Below are positions 28,771 to 38,982 of a DNA stretch of 64,000 nucleotides, in pieces (the first letter of the stretch is position 1; each line of letters starts with the position of its first letter). Source of the stretch: Clostridiales bacterium. GTDB lineage: Bacteria; Bacillota; Clostridia; UBA1381. The notes beneath the pieces were generated by a model that worked only from the letters and a program-made list of their open reading frames with translations, was not told the DNA's origin and did no database searches. Made by a program: the position numbers and the translations under genes. The stretch covers positions 24,875 to 88,874 of the forward strand of contig JAQXZB010000032.1 in the NCBI GenBank assembly GCA_029226975.1. The letters run 5' to 3'.

Positions 28771-29505
28771 TTAAAAAATCGGCAGTATGGAGCCTATATC
28801 CTCAATAACGCCCTTTTTCAGCTCATATATATCAACTCCATGGTTTTTACAAAATGCGGTGATGTTATCCTTGTCCGGATGAGTTTTAAGGCTGCCGTTT
28901 ACGGCGAGAATATTTTTATCTATAAGACCTGTCGCTCCGCCTATAAAACCGTAGTTCATGCCGTCAAGCTTTATAAATCCCTCGGTTATTTTTAATACAT
29001 CCAGTTTTTTGTTAAGGGCTTTGAATATTCCGTTATCCGATGTTATTACAGCATTCTTGCTCACCACAGCTATGCTGCATTTACTGTACCCTTGTTTTAC
29101 GGGTATGCGTTTTAATGAACCATACTCTGACAAAATTTCTATCGCCGCAGAGCGAGGATTATATATAAGGTAATTATCCAGTCTGACGCAGTTGTATAAC
29201 ACATCGCCGGGATATTTACGGCAAAGCGGCGTTGTGCCGCATATAAGCTCAGCATCCGGCAGCAAGGCTTTATAATGCCTGTAAGCTTCCTTTGCGCATA
29301 CAAGCTTGTTTTTGCCGATATGATGTATCTGCATATCCGGATGTGCTGCAACCGAAGGATGCAGACATTCCAATTCAGCCGACAAAACAGCTTCTATTTT
29401 GAGCTGTTTAAGTTCTTCAAGTGTGTCCTTACCGGTACGGCAGCTTATAATAACCCCTCTCGAACGTTTGTTTGGTAGGTTAGGCATGGCAATGTATTCT
29501 CTCAT
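28771..29505 (-). CDS. Uncharacterised 244-aa cytoplasmic protein (possibly DUF6873 / guanidino-group-modifying-enzyme-like fold; tentative)
   Basis: SD AAAGGA lies 9 nt before the ATG. No TM segment or signal peptide. Blocks AAHPDMQIHHIG, YPGDVLYNCV, VKQGYSKCSIAVV and NYGFIGGATG. The family assignment is from memory only. Confidence 0.5.
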   Translation of the reverse strand: MREYIAMPNLPNKRSRGVIISCRTGKDTLEELKQLKIEAVLSAELECLHPSVAAHPDMQIHHIGKNKLVCAKEAYRHYKALLPDAELICGTTPLCRKYPGDVLYNCVRLDNYLIYNPRSAAIEILSEYGSLKRIPVKQGYSKCSIAVVSKNAVITSDNGIFKALNKKLDVLKITEGFIKLDGMNYGFIGGATGLIDKNILAVNGSLKTHPDKDNITAFCKNHGVDIYELKKGVIEDIGSILPIF

Positions 29506-29575
29506 TTTTACATATCCTTTCGCATTTTTGTCAGCGCAAAAACCGTACCCAATAAGGATACGGTGAGATTTTTTG

Positions 29576-29617
29576 CTATTAAGGAATTACAACTTAAACG
29601 TTGTAATTCCTTAATAG
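29576..29617. repeat. 18-bp perfect inverted repeat with a 6-nt loop
   Basis: CTATTAAGGAATTACAAC-ttaaac-GTTGTAATTCCTTAATAG. It lies between the ligA stop (29666) and the start of the 244-aa gene (29505). T-tracts precede the hairpin and A-tracts follow it on both strands, so it is not a canonical terminator. Confidence 0.8.
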
Positions 29618-29665
29618 ATAAAAAGCTTACCTTGCGCCAAAGGCGCAGCTTTGTCAAAAGCTTTT

Positions 29666-31715
<2,050 letters not shown>

Positions 31716-31748
31716 GCGGCGAAAATCCGTTTTTTTCTCATATAAGAC

Positions 31749-32600
31749 CTACTTATTTTCAATTACCAGGGTCTCTCCGGGATTTATCGTATATTCCCGA
31801 TGGTCTATATCAAACCAAAGCTTAACAAGCGTAGGGTTATAAACAATCGTGCCGTCCGCACTGAAAACAAGGGAATTATAGGCATTTACATAGTTATATA
31901 TTTCAATGTTTGTTGCATACCATATATCCTCCTTGCCGGAGATTTTTTCACAGATTTCATCAAGCAGCTCCCAGTTGTTTTCTCTTTCAAATTCAAAGCT
32001 GTGTCCCCAGATATAAAGCAGTCTCGGATACCGGCCTGCCGTATACAGCTTTTTAGCATCAATATTTAAAAATTCGTCTATGTATTCCATCAAATGCGGA
32101 TTGTTATGATGCGCCGACGGCATCCATGCGTGCCAATCCTCGGGCAGCATAAACGAATTATTATCATTGCCGAGCGTACGGGAATATGCAATATCCAAAT
32201 CCTCAAGATATTTTTTTATTACGGCATACTGTGCATTATTTGAAAAACAAGTAATTCCGGTGTCCGGATAAGCCATACCCCGTATAATTATACCGAATTG
32301 TTTTTCAAGCTCCAGCCTGCATTCAAGAACATCTCTTATTCCGTCAATGGGACGGAGTGCGCCCGGAGCATTGTGCTCCGCGCCGTGTACCGCAATTTCA
32401 TGTCCCTTTGACAAAAAGTGCTCTTTTATTTCCTCGGTACTGAGAGATTGGTTCACCTTGGTATTCAAATTAAAGGTACATTTTAATCCGAATTTTGTAA
32501 GAGTATCGGATAATCTCAAATCCCCGCGGCAGCCGTCGTCATAGCTCATTGTAAATGCTTTTAATTTCCCTTCGGGAAACCTTAAAAATCTGTATTTCAA
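31749..32600 (-). CDS. Polysaccharide deacetylase (CE4/NodB-like) family protein
   Basis: KYRFLRFPEGKLKAFTMSYDDGCRGD and HEIAVHGAEH. The start is moved to TTG 32600, which has SD AAAGGTGGA 7 nt upstream. The track ATG 32690 adds 30 aa with no SD. Confidence 0.75.
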   Translation of the reverse strand: MKYRFLRFPEGKLKAFTMSYDDGCRGDLRLSDTLTKFGLKCTFNLNTKVNQSLSTEEIKEHFLSKGHEIAVHGAEHNAPGALRPIDGIRDVLECRLELEKQFGIIIRGMAYPDTGITCFSNNAQYAVIKKYLEDLDIAYSRTLGNDNNSFMLPEDWHAWMPSAHHNNPHLMEYIDEFLNIDAKKLYTAGRYPRLLYIWGHSFEFERENNWELLDEICEKISGKEDIWYATNIEIYNYVNAYNSLVFSADGTIVYNPTLVKLWFDIDHREYTINPGETLVIENK

Positions 32601-32693
32601 AGCAAATTCCACCTTTACTAAAATTTTTATCCAATAGGAAATTTTCCATATATTAGTTATATCACAGTCCCATGTTTTTGTCAAGAGCAAATA

Positions 32694-33305
32694 TTACTTT
32701 GTAATAGTCACACCGGCTTTTTCACCGTAATATTGCGGTACATTTCCCGATGAAATATGCTCCAGTATCGGAACTCTTGCAGTTACCGTACTGTTTTTAT
32801 ATATTAAAAATCCCGAATAGTTTACGCTTACCGAAATATTCATATACATACTGTGCTTTACAAAATTTATTCCCTCCGAAGTAAACTCATCCTCAATATC
32901 TGAATTTACCAGTGCGAGCGGCGTAATTTTTACGGGGATTGACGGACCGGAGCCGTTAAACAGATAAAATCCTGTGGCAGAGCCTATGGGTATTTTTACA
33001 ATGCTTTCTTTATTGAACATTTCCTGAAGCCGCAGAGTGATTTTGGCTTTAAGCTTATTTACCTCTGCCGTATTGACCGAAAAGGCGTCATTCTCATTAT
33101 GATACAGCCCGCTGCTGTCATAGCTTTCAAACACCTCCGCCACGCTTTTGTTAATTGCGGTTGTAACCAAAGTATTGGCATCGGCGTCAAGATACATCAC
33201 AAACGCCGGTTCAAGCTTTATTACAAGCAGCGCTGCCGCCACGAGCATAGCAAATGGAATACAGAGCCATCTGTGCCTTTTTCTTCGGGTCATTCCCATA
33301 CGCAT
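32694..33305 (-). CDS. yunB: Sporulation protein YunB
   Basis: N-terminal TM segment, TTAINKSVAEVFE, and the C-terminal VTARVPILEHISSGNVPQYYG, which compares with B. subtilis YunB ...QGEVPQFYNG. Confidence 0.7.
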   Translation of the reverse strand: MRMGMTRRKRHRWLCIPFAMLVAAALLVIKLEPAFVMYLDADANTLVTTAINKSVAEVFESYDSSGLYHNENDAFSVNTAEVNKLKAKITLRLQEMFNKESIVKIPIGSATGFYLFNGSGPSIPVKITPLALVNSDIEDEFTSEGINFVKHSMYMNISVSVNYSGFLIYKNSTVTARVPILEHISSGNVPQYYGEKAGVTITK

Positions 33306-33348
33306 AAAATCACCCCCGCAATATATTATGCAGGGGTGACAAATTATG

Positions 33349-35097
33349 TTATCTTTGTTTTGTTTCTATTTCCTTTGTAATCATTTCTATGAAGTCGTCA
33401 AGAGCCATGCTGCCCATATCGCCGTTCTTTCTGGAACGAACGGAAATCGTATTGTTCTCAATATCCTTATCTCCGACAACTATCATATACGGAACTTTTT
33501 CAAGCTGTGCTTCGCGCAGCTTATAACCAAGCTTTTCGCTCCTGTCATCCAACTCAACTCTGATTATACCCTTATCCGCAAGCTTTTTCTTCACATCAAG
33601 CATATAATCGATATGTCTGTCGGCAATCGGCAAAAGCTTTATCTGTACCGGCGCAAGCCATGTCGGGAACGCCCCCGCATATTTTTCTATAAGCAGCGCA
33701 AGAGTTCTTTCGTAACAGCCTATCGATGTTCTGTGAATGATATAGGGATTTTTCTTTGTTCCGTCCCTGTCGGTATACTCCATGCCGAATTTTTCGGCAA
33801 GCATCTGGTCAATTTGAATTGTGATGAGCGTATCCTCCTTGCCATGGACATTCTTAATTTGAATATCAAGCTTAGGGCCGTAGAACGCCGCTTCACCTAT
33901 ACCCACTACATAGGGAACCTTTAAATCATTTAATATTCTCTCCATTACTCCCTGTGCTTCGTCCCACTGTTCGGGGGTGCCGATATATTTCTCGCGGTCA
34001 TCGGGATCCCATTGTGAGAAGCGGTAGGATACATCCTCTGCCAGACCGAGAGTTTCGAGCATATAGTTTGTAAGCTCCAGACAGCCCTTAAACTCGTCCT
34101 CCAGCTGTTCCGGCGTACACATCAAGTGTCCCTCGGAGATTGTAAACTGACGCACCCTTATAAGACCGTGCATTTCTCCCGAAGCCTCGTTCCTAAAAAG
34201 AGTTGAGGTTTCGTTAAGACGCATGGGCAAATCTCTGTAGGAGCGGCCCCTGTTTAAAAATGCCTGATACTGGAAGGGACAGGTCATGGGACGAAGAGCA
34301 AATACCTCTTTATCCTTTTCCTCATCACCCAGTACAAACATACTCTCGCGGTAATGATCCCAATGTCCCGAAATTTTATATAAATCACTCTTTGCCATAA
34401 GCGGTGTCTTTGTAAGCTGCCAGCCACGGCGCTGTTCTTCGTCCTCGACAAATCTTTGCAGAAGCTGAATAACTCTTGCGCCTTTAGGAAGAAGTATGGG
34501 CAAGCCCTGTCCTATATAATCGCAGGTAGTAAACAGCTCAAGTTCTCTGCCAAGCTTATTGTGGTCGCGCTTTTTTGCTTCCTCAAGCTTTTCTATGTGT
34601 TCGGCAAGCTCGTCCTTTGTCTTAAATGCTGTGCCGTAAATTCTCTGAAGCATCTTGTTCTTTTCATCGCCTCTCCAGTAGGCACCCGTTGCGCTCAAAA
34701 GCTTAAAAGCCTTTACCTTGGAGGTATAGTTTACATGAGGTCCGGCACATAAATCCGTAAAATCGCCCTGCTTATAGAAAGAAATAGTTTCACCCTCCGG
34801 CAGGTCGTTTATCAGCTCAACCTTATAGGGCTCATCCTTCATAAGCTCTAACGCTTCTTCTCTGGGAAGCTCAAAGCGCTCGATTTTAAGATTTTCCTTT
34901 ACGATTTTTTTCATTTCCTTTTCAAGCTCCTCAAGGTCCTCTTGAGTAAAGGTATGCTCCGAGTCAAAATCGTAATAAAAGCCGGTATCTATGGCAGGGC
35001 CTATTGCCAGCTTTGTGCCCGGATACAGTCTTTTTACCGCCTGAGCAAGTATGTGCGAGGCGGAGTGTCTGATTGTTTGAAGTTCGTTCATTTCCAT
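33349..35097 (-). CDS. thrS: Threonine--tRNA ligase, short form lacking the N-terminal TGS domain
   Basis: It starts at the editing domain (IRHSASHILAQAVKRLYPGTKLAIGPAIDTGFYYDFD). Class II catalytic core FRNEASGEMHGLIRVRQFT and anticodon-binding C-terminus. 582 aa. Confidence 0.95.
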   Translation of the reverse strand: MEMNELQTIRHSASHILAQAVKRLYPGTKLAIGPAIDTGFYYDFDSEHTFTQEDLEELEKEMKKIVKENLKIERFELPREEALELMKDEPYKVELINDLPEGETISFYKQGDFTDLCAGPHVNYTSKVKAFKLLSATGAYWRGDEKNKMLQRIYGTAFKTKDELAEHIEKLEEAKKRDHNKLGRELELFTTCDYIGQGLPILLPKGARVIQLLQRFVEDEEQRRGWQLTKTPLMAKSDLYKISGHWDHYRESMFVLGDEEKDKEVFALRPMTCPFQYQAFLNRGRSYRDLPMRLNETSTLFRNEASGEMHGLIRVRQFTISEGHLMCTPEQLEDEFKGCLELTNYMLETLGLAEDVSYRFSQWDPDDREKYIGTPEQWDEAQGVMERILNDLKVPYVVGIGEAAFYGPKLDIQIKNVHGKEDTLITIQIDQMLAEKFGMEYTDRDGTKKNPYIIHRTSIGCYERTLALLIEKYAGAFPTWLAPVQIKLLPIADRHIDYMLDVKKKLADKGIIRVELDDRSEKLGYKLREAQLEKVPYMIVVGDKDIENNTISVRSRKNGDMGSMALDDFIEMITKEIETKQR

Positions 35098-35143
35098 TGC
35101 TGTGCATCTCCTTTTATATTATTTGGGGCTTACAGGAGGCTTT

Positions 35144-35397
35144 AAAAACAAAAACCCCCTGATAAGCAATACGCCTATCAGGGGTGCATTATACACGGTT
35201 CCACCCTGATTACGGTTAAAAGATTAACCGTCACTCATTTCGCCTTTTTCGCAGGCATACGGTGCGCTTAATTGAGTTACCGTTCAGCGCACGACTCAAA
35301 AGTGGTATTCACCAATCAACCCCCGAAGAATACTTCCAGCCGCGATATTCTCTCTCTTGCAGGTTTATGACAGGCTACTGTCTTTCTCATCGTCCTA
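35144..35397 (-). promoter_or_regulatory. T-box leader (Thr, specifier ACC) with an intrinsic terminator, controlling thrS
   Basis: Minus strand shows the AGAGAG box, the specifier context GGTGAATACCAC (ACC at 35304-35306), the T-box sequence AATCAGGGTGGAACCGTGT (35193-35211), then the terminator CCCCTGATAGG...CTTATCAGGGGG followed by TTTTTGTTTTT. Confidence 0.85.
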
Positions 35398-35403
35398 ATG
35401 CAT

Positions 35404-35432
35404 ATTATCTCACTTTTTTTTCATTTTGTCAA
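35404..35432 (-). promoter_or_regulatory. Sigma-A promoter of the thrS T-box leader
   Basis: Minus strand reads TTGACA-17 nt-GATAAT. Confidence 0.5.
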
Positions 35433-35469
35433 GTGTTTTTAAACTTTTTTTCTATGAAATTTCTCCCGC

Positions 35470-35865
35470 CCATTTAAAAGCGTACTTTGCAATTATGACC
35501 GCTATAATTTCATTGATGATTGCAGCCGCCACAATATACAATAACCAGTGCCAAATTAAGCAGCGGGTTATAAAGCGATAATATCTGCTGTGTCTTTTCC
35601 TCAGGGATGAGATTAACAACAGCCGCACTGTATGCCATTCCCATCAGCAAATAATTAAGAGTAAACACTCGAAAAACTTAACGGCAACCTTGTGCCATGT
35701 GCTTTCGGTAATATCCATAGTGACAACTCCCGCTAAATACGGTCCGAATACTATACCGGTAATCAGCCAGCCCAATATAGCCGGAAGCTTCAGTTTGGCG
35801 GTTATTTTTCCGCAGATAATTGCAGTGCATATAAGAGCGGTTATTTTTAGCAGTGAAATTATCAT
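35470..35865 (-). pseudogene. Decayed cation:proton antiporter (CPA2/NapA-like) gene: an N-terminal fragment of about 60 aa plus out-of-frame C-terminal remnants
   Basis: MIISLLKITALICTAIICGKITAKLKLPAILGWLITGIVFGPYLAG matches the first two TM helices of Na+/H+ exchangers, but the frame stops after 73 aa. Downstream short frames (MAYSAAVVNLIPEE..., IVAAAIINEIIAVIIAKYAFKWAGE) look like membrane-protein debris in two different frames. Confidence 0.5.
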
Positions 35866-35991
35866 AGCAGCTTCACCAGTCCTTTCGCTACCGATTTTGC
35901 GCAAACGCAATTTTGGGATTTCTCATACCGGAAACAAAACCTCCTAATTTTTGTTTCCATTATAGCACATATACCGCCGCTTGTAAAGCCG

Positions 35992-38490
35992 TTACATACT
36001 TAAAACCTTATAGCCCTGATCCTCTACAGTCTGTTTTAAGACATCGTCCGATACGGACGCGCCAAGCGTAAGCTTTGCAGTACCGGTTTTATGGCTTACC
36101 TCGGCCTCCTTAACCTGTTCGAGAGCCTCAAGACACTGCTTAACTCTCGCCTCACAGTGTGCGCACATCATACCTTCGATTTTCATTGTTTTAGTCATTG
36201 TATTTACTTCCTTTCCTTTTTTTATTTTTTTATCGCGCCGAGGACTTTTAATATTTATCAAATTAAGCCTAATCGCGTTTGTAACAACACAAAAGCTGGA
36301 CAGGCTCATTGCCGCCGCGCCGAACATTGGATTAAGCTCCCAGCCGAACAGCGATATGAATGCCCCTGCCGCAAGCGGTATTCCGATAATGTTATATATA
36401 AACGCCCAGAACAAATTTTCATGAATATTTCTAAGGGTTGCGCGGCTTAAGCGTATTGCTGAAGGAACATCCGAAAGCCGGCTCTTCATAAGCACTATAT
36501 CCGCGGCGTCTATCGCAACATCGGTTCCCGCGCCGATTGCTATGCCTATATCCGCGCAGGTAAGAGCGGGCGCATCGTTTATTCCGTCGCCCACCATTGC
36601 AACTTTGCCCTTTTCCTTTAAGCTTTGTATCGCACTTTCCTTTCCGTCGGGCAAAACCTCGGCTATTACCTCATCCACACCCGCTGCTTTGCCGATTGTT
36701 TTGGCTGTCCGCTCATTGTCGCCTGTGAGCATCACAACGCGTATTCCCATATCCTTTAGTTCCTTAACGGCACCGGTACTATCCTCTTTGATTACGTCTG
36801 CTACGGCAATAATTCCCGCCGGCTTGTCCTCTATGCCAAAAAACAGCGGAGTTTTTCCCTCGTTTGCAAGCTCTTGGGCTTTGGCTGTCAATTCTTGTGG
36901 CAGATTTGTTTTAGAGCTTATAAAGCTTAAATTTCCGCCTGCTGCGGGCTTGCCTTCCAATACCGCACTTAAACCGTTTCCCGGCAAAGCCTTAAACTCC
37001 GATGCTTCTTTTGCTTTAAGCCCCAGTGCCTCTCCCCTTTTTATAATTGCCTTTGCCAGGGGATGCTCGCTTTTTATTTCGAGAGAATATGCAATAGAGA
37101 GCAGTTCATTTTCGGATATATCCCCGTATGGAATAATATCCGTTACCTTCGGTTCGCCCTGTGTAATGGTTCCGGTTTTGTCCAGAGCAACAATCTGTAC
37201 CTTTCCCGTTTCTTCAAGAGAAGCGGCGTTTTTAAAAAGTATACCGTTCTTTGCGCCTATACCGTTCCCGACCATGATTGCAACGGGAGTTGCCAGTCCG
37301 AGAGCACAGGGACAGCTGATTACCAGAACGGAAATTCCGCGGGCAAGCGCAAAGCCCGCACTTTTTCCCACAAGCAACCATATAAGCATGGTTACTGCCG
37401 CAATTGCAATAACTGCCGGAACAAAAATTCCCGATACCCTGTCCGCGGCTTTGGCAATGGGTGCTTTGCTTGATGCGGCATCGCTGACCATTTTTATTAT
37501 CTGTGAAAGTGTGGTATCCTCACCCACCTTTGTGGCTCTGCATCGTATAAATCCCGACTGATTAACCGTTGCCGCGGATACGCTGTCACCCTCGGACTTG
37601 TCTATGGGGATGCTTTCACCCGTAAGAGCCGCTTCGTTTACCGCGCTTTCGCCATCAATAACTATGCCGTCAACCGGGATATTCTCACCGGGGCGCACCA
37701 CAAAAATATCACCCGGTCTGACCTGCTCGACACCAACTGTCACCTGAGCACCTTCTTTTTCAATAACCGCGGTTTTCGGAGAGAGGCGCATAAGACTTTT
37801 AAGAGCGTCTGTGGTTTTTCCTTTTGAACGGGCTTCAAGCATTTTTCCGAGAGTGATAAGCGCCAAAATCATTGCTCCCGACTCAAAGTAAAACTCATGC
37901 ATATATCCCATGACCGCATCACTATCGCCATGCGACTGAGCGCTTGTCATGGCAAACAGCGCATATGTGCTGTAAACAAAGGAGGCGCCCGCACCGAGAG
38001 CAACCAGTGTATCCATATTAGGTGATTTATGCAGCAGACTTTTAAAGCCGCTTATAAAGAATTTTTGGTTTATAACCATTACAGCGGCCGTAAGAAGCAG
38101 CTGCACCAGTCCCATTGCCACATGATTATCGTTAAAAAACGGCGGCAGCGGCATATTCCACATCATGTGTCCCATGGAGAAATACATAAGCACAAGCAAA
38201 AAGCCCAACGATGCAATCAGTCTGCGTTTTAGTGCCGGTGTTTCGTTATATTCAAGTCTGTCCGCGGCATCAGAGCTTTTTTCTTTAAAAGCTCCAAGCC
38301 TTTTTGCGCCGTAGCCCGCATTTTTAACGGCGGAAATAATATCCTCCGCTGATGCGCTTCCCTCTACTCCCATAGAATTGGTAAGCAGACTGACGGAGCA
38401 TGAGGTAACTCCCTCGACCTTTGATACTGCCTTTTCTACTCTGGAGCTGCACGCAGCACAGCTCATTCCGGTAATTTCATATTGTTCCAT
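35992..38490 (-). CDS. copA: Copper-translocating P1B-type ATPase with N-terminal and C-terminal HMA domains
   Basis: N-terminal HMA ITGMSCAACSSRVE, TGES, SCPCALGLATP, DKTGTIT and GDGINDAPAL. C-terminal HMA MKIEGMMCAHCEARV (aa 765-832). Confidence 0.95.
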   Translation of the reverse strand: MEQYEITGMSCAACSSRVEKAVSKVEGVTSCSVSLLTNSMGVEGSASAEDIISAVKNAGYGAKRLGAFKEKSSDAADRLEYNETPALKRRLIASLGFLLVLMYFSMGHMMWNMPLPPFFNDNHVAMGLVQLLLTAAVMVINQKFFISGFKSLLHKSPNMDTLVALGAGASFVYSTYALFAMTSAQSHGDSDAVMGYMHEFYFESGAMILALITLGKMLEARSKGKTTDALKSLMRLSPKTAVIEKEGAQVTVGVEQVRPGDIFVVRPGENIPVDGIVIDGESAVNEAALTGESIPIDKSEGDSVSAATVNQSGFIRCRATKVGEDTTLSQIIKMVSDAASSKAPIAKAADRVSGIFVPAVIAIAAVTMLIWLLVGKSAGFALARGISVLVISCPCALGLATPVAIMVGNGIGAKNGILFKNAASLEETGKVQIVALDKTGTITQGEPKVTDIIPYGDISENELLSIAYSLEIKSEHPLAKAIIKRGEALGLKAKEASEFKALPGNGLSAVLEGKPAAGGNLSFISSKTNLPQELTAKAQELANEGKTPLFFGIEDKPAGIIAVADVIKEDSTGAVKELKDMGIRVVMLTGDNERTAKTIGKAAGVDEVIAEVLPDGKESAIQSLKEKGKVAMVGDGINDAPALTCADIGIAIGAGTDVAIDAADIVLMKSRLSDVPSAIRLSRATLRNIHENLFWAFIYNIIGIPLAAGAFISLFGWELNPMFGAAAMSLSSFCVVTNAIRLNLINIKSPRRDKKIKKGKEVNTMTKTMKIEGMMCAHCEARVKQCLEALEQVKEAEVSHKTGTAKLTLGASVSDDVLKQTVEDQGYKVLSM

Positions 38491-38500
38491 AGTATCTCCT

Positions 38501-38800
38501 TTATTTCATAAGCTTTTGAAGCGTAAAAACCAAATCATCAACAGTTTCTTCCTTACCCGCGCGTATATCCTGCGCCACACAGGTCCTTATATGCTCGGCA
38601 AGCAGCTCTCTGTTAAATGCGTTTAATGCCGCGTTTACTGCCGATACCTGAATAAGAATATCGGTACAGTATGCGTTGTTTTCCACCATTTTTCGTATTC
38701 CTCGAACTTGCCCCTCGATACGGCTTAAACGATTGATAAGCTTTTTGTATTCATCCTGCGACCGTTCCTTGGTCTTATGTGCACAGCATTCATGTTCCAT
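38501..38800 (-). CDS. csoR: CsoR-family copper-sensing transcriptional repressor
   Basis: LINRLSRIEGQVRGIRKMVENNAYCTDILIQVSAVNAALNAF. It lies directly upstream of copA. Confidence 0.9.
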   Translation of the reverse strand: MEHECCAHKTKERSQDEYKKLINRLSRIEGQVRGIRKMVENNAYCTDILIQVSAVNAALNAFNRELLAEHIRTCVAQDIRAGKEETVDDLVFTLQKLMK

Positions 38801-38849
38801 TTTTTATTTCCTTTCCCGTCCATAAGTTATTATTCCTATTATAGTACCT

Positions 38850-38878
38850 ATTATATACCCCCATGGGGTATTTGTCAA
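38850..38878 (-). promoter_or_regulatory. csoR-copA promoter with a CsoR operator filling the spacer
   Basis: Minus strand reads TTGACA-17 nt-TATAAT. The spacer is the GC-tract inverted repeat ATACCCC-cat-GGGGTAT (38855-38871), of the CsoR-operator type. Confidence 0.65.
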
Positions 38879-38913
38879 GAATGTTTTTTGAAAATTTTTA
38901 TGATTTTTTTAAA

Positions 38914-38950
38914 AAATGGTGCTGAAATGGTGCTGTTGTTGTGGTATAAT
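38914..38950 (+). promoter_or_regulatory. Perfect 11-bp tandem direct repeat (AAATGGTGCTG x2) in the -35 position of an extended -10 promoter for the response-regulator gene
   Basis: Repeats at 38914-38924 and 38925-38935. TGgTATAAT at 38942-50. The ATG is at 38983. Confidence 0.5.
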
Positions 38951-38982
38951 GTATGTGTAATTTATATTTCGGAGCTGATAAT

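Noticed and set aside
33346-33924. 192-aa plus-strand ORF inside thrS
   Set aside because: It is antisense to thrS, has no SD and no family signature.
35262-35477. 71-aa plus-strand ORF
   Set aside because: It lies antisense within the thrS T-box leader and promoter, with no SD.
36542-37561. 339-aa plus-strand ORF inside copA
   Set aside because: It is entirely antisense to a P-type ATPase that has all catalytic motifs. Its Ser/Pro/Ala-rich composition is typical of the antisense frame of an RNY-biased gene, and it has no SD.
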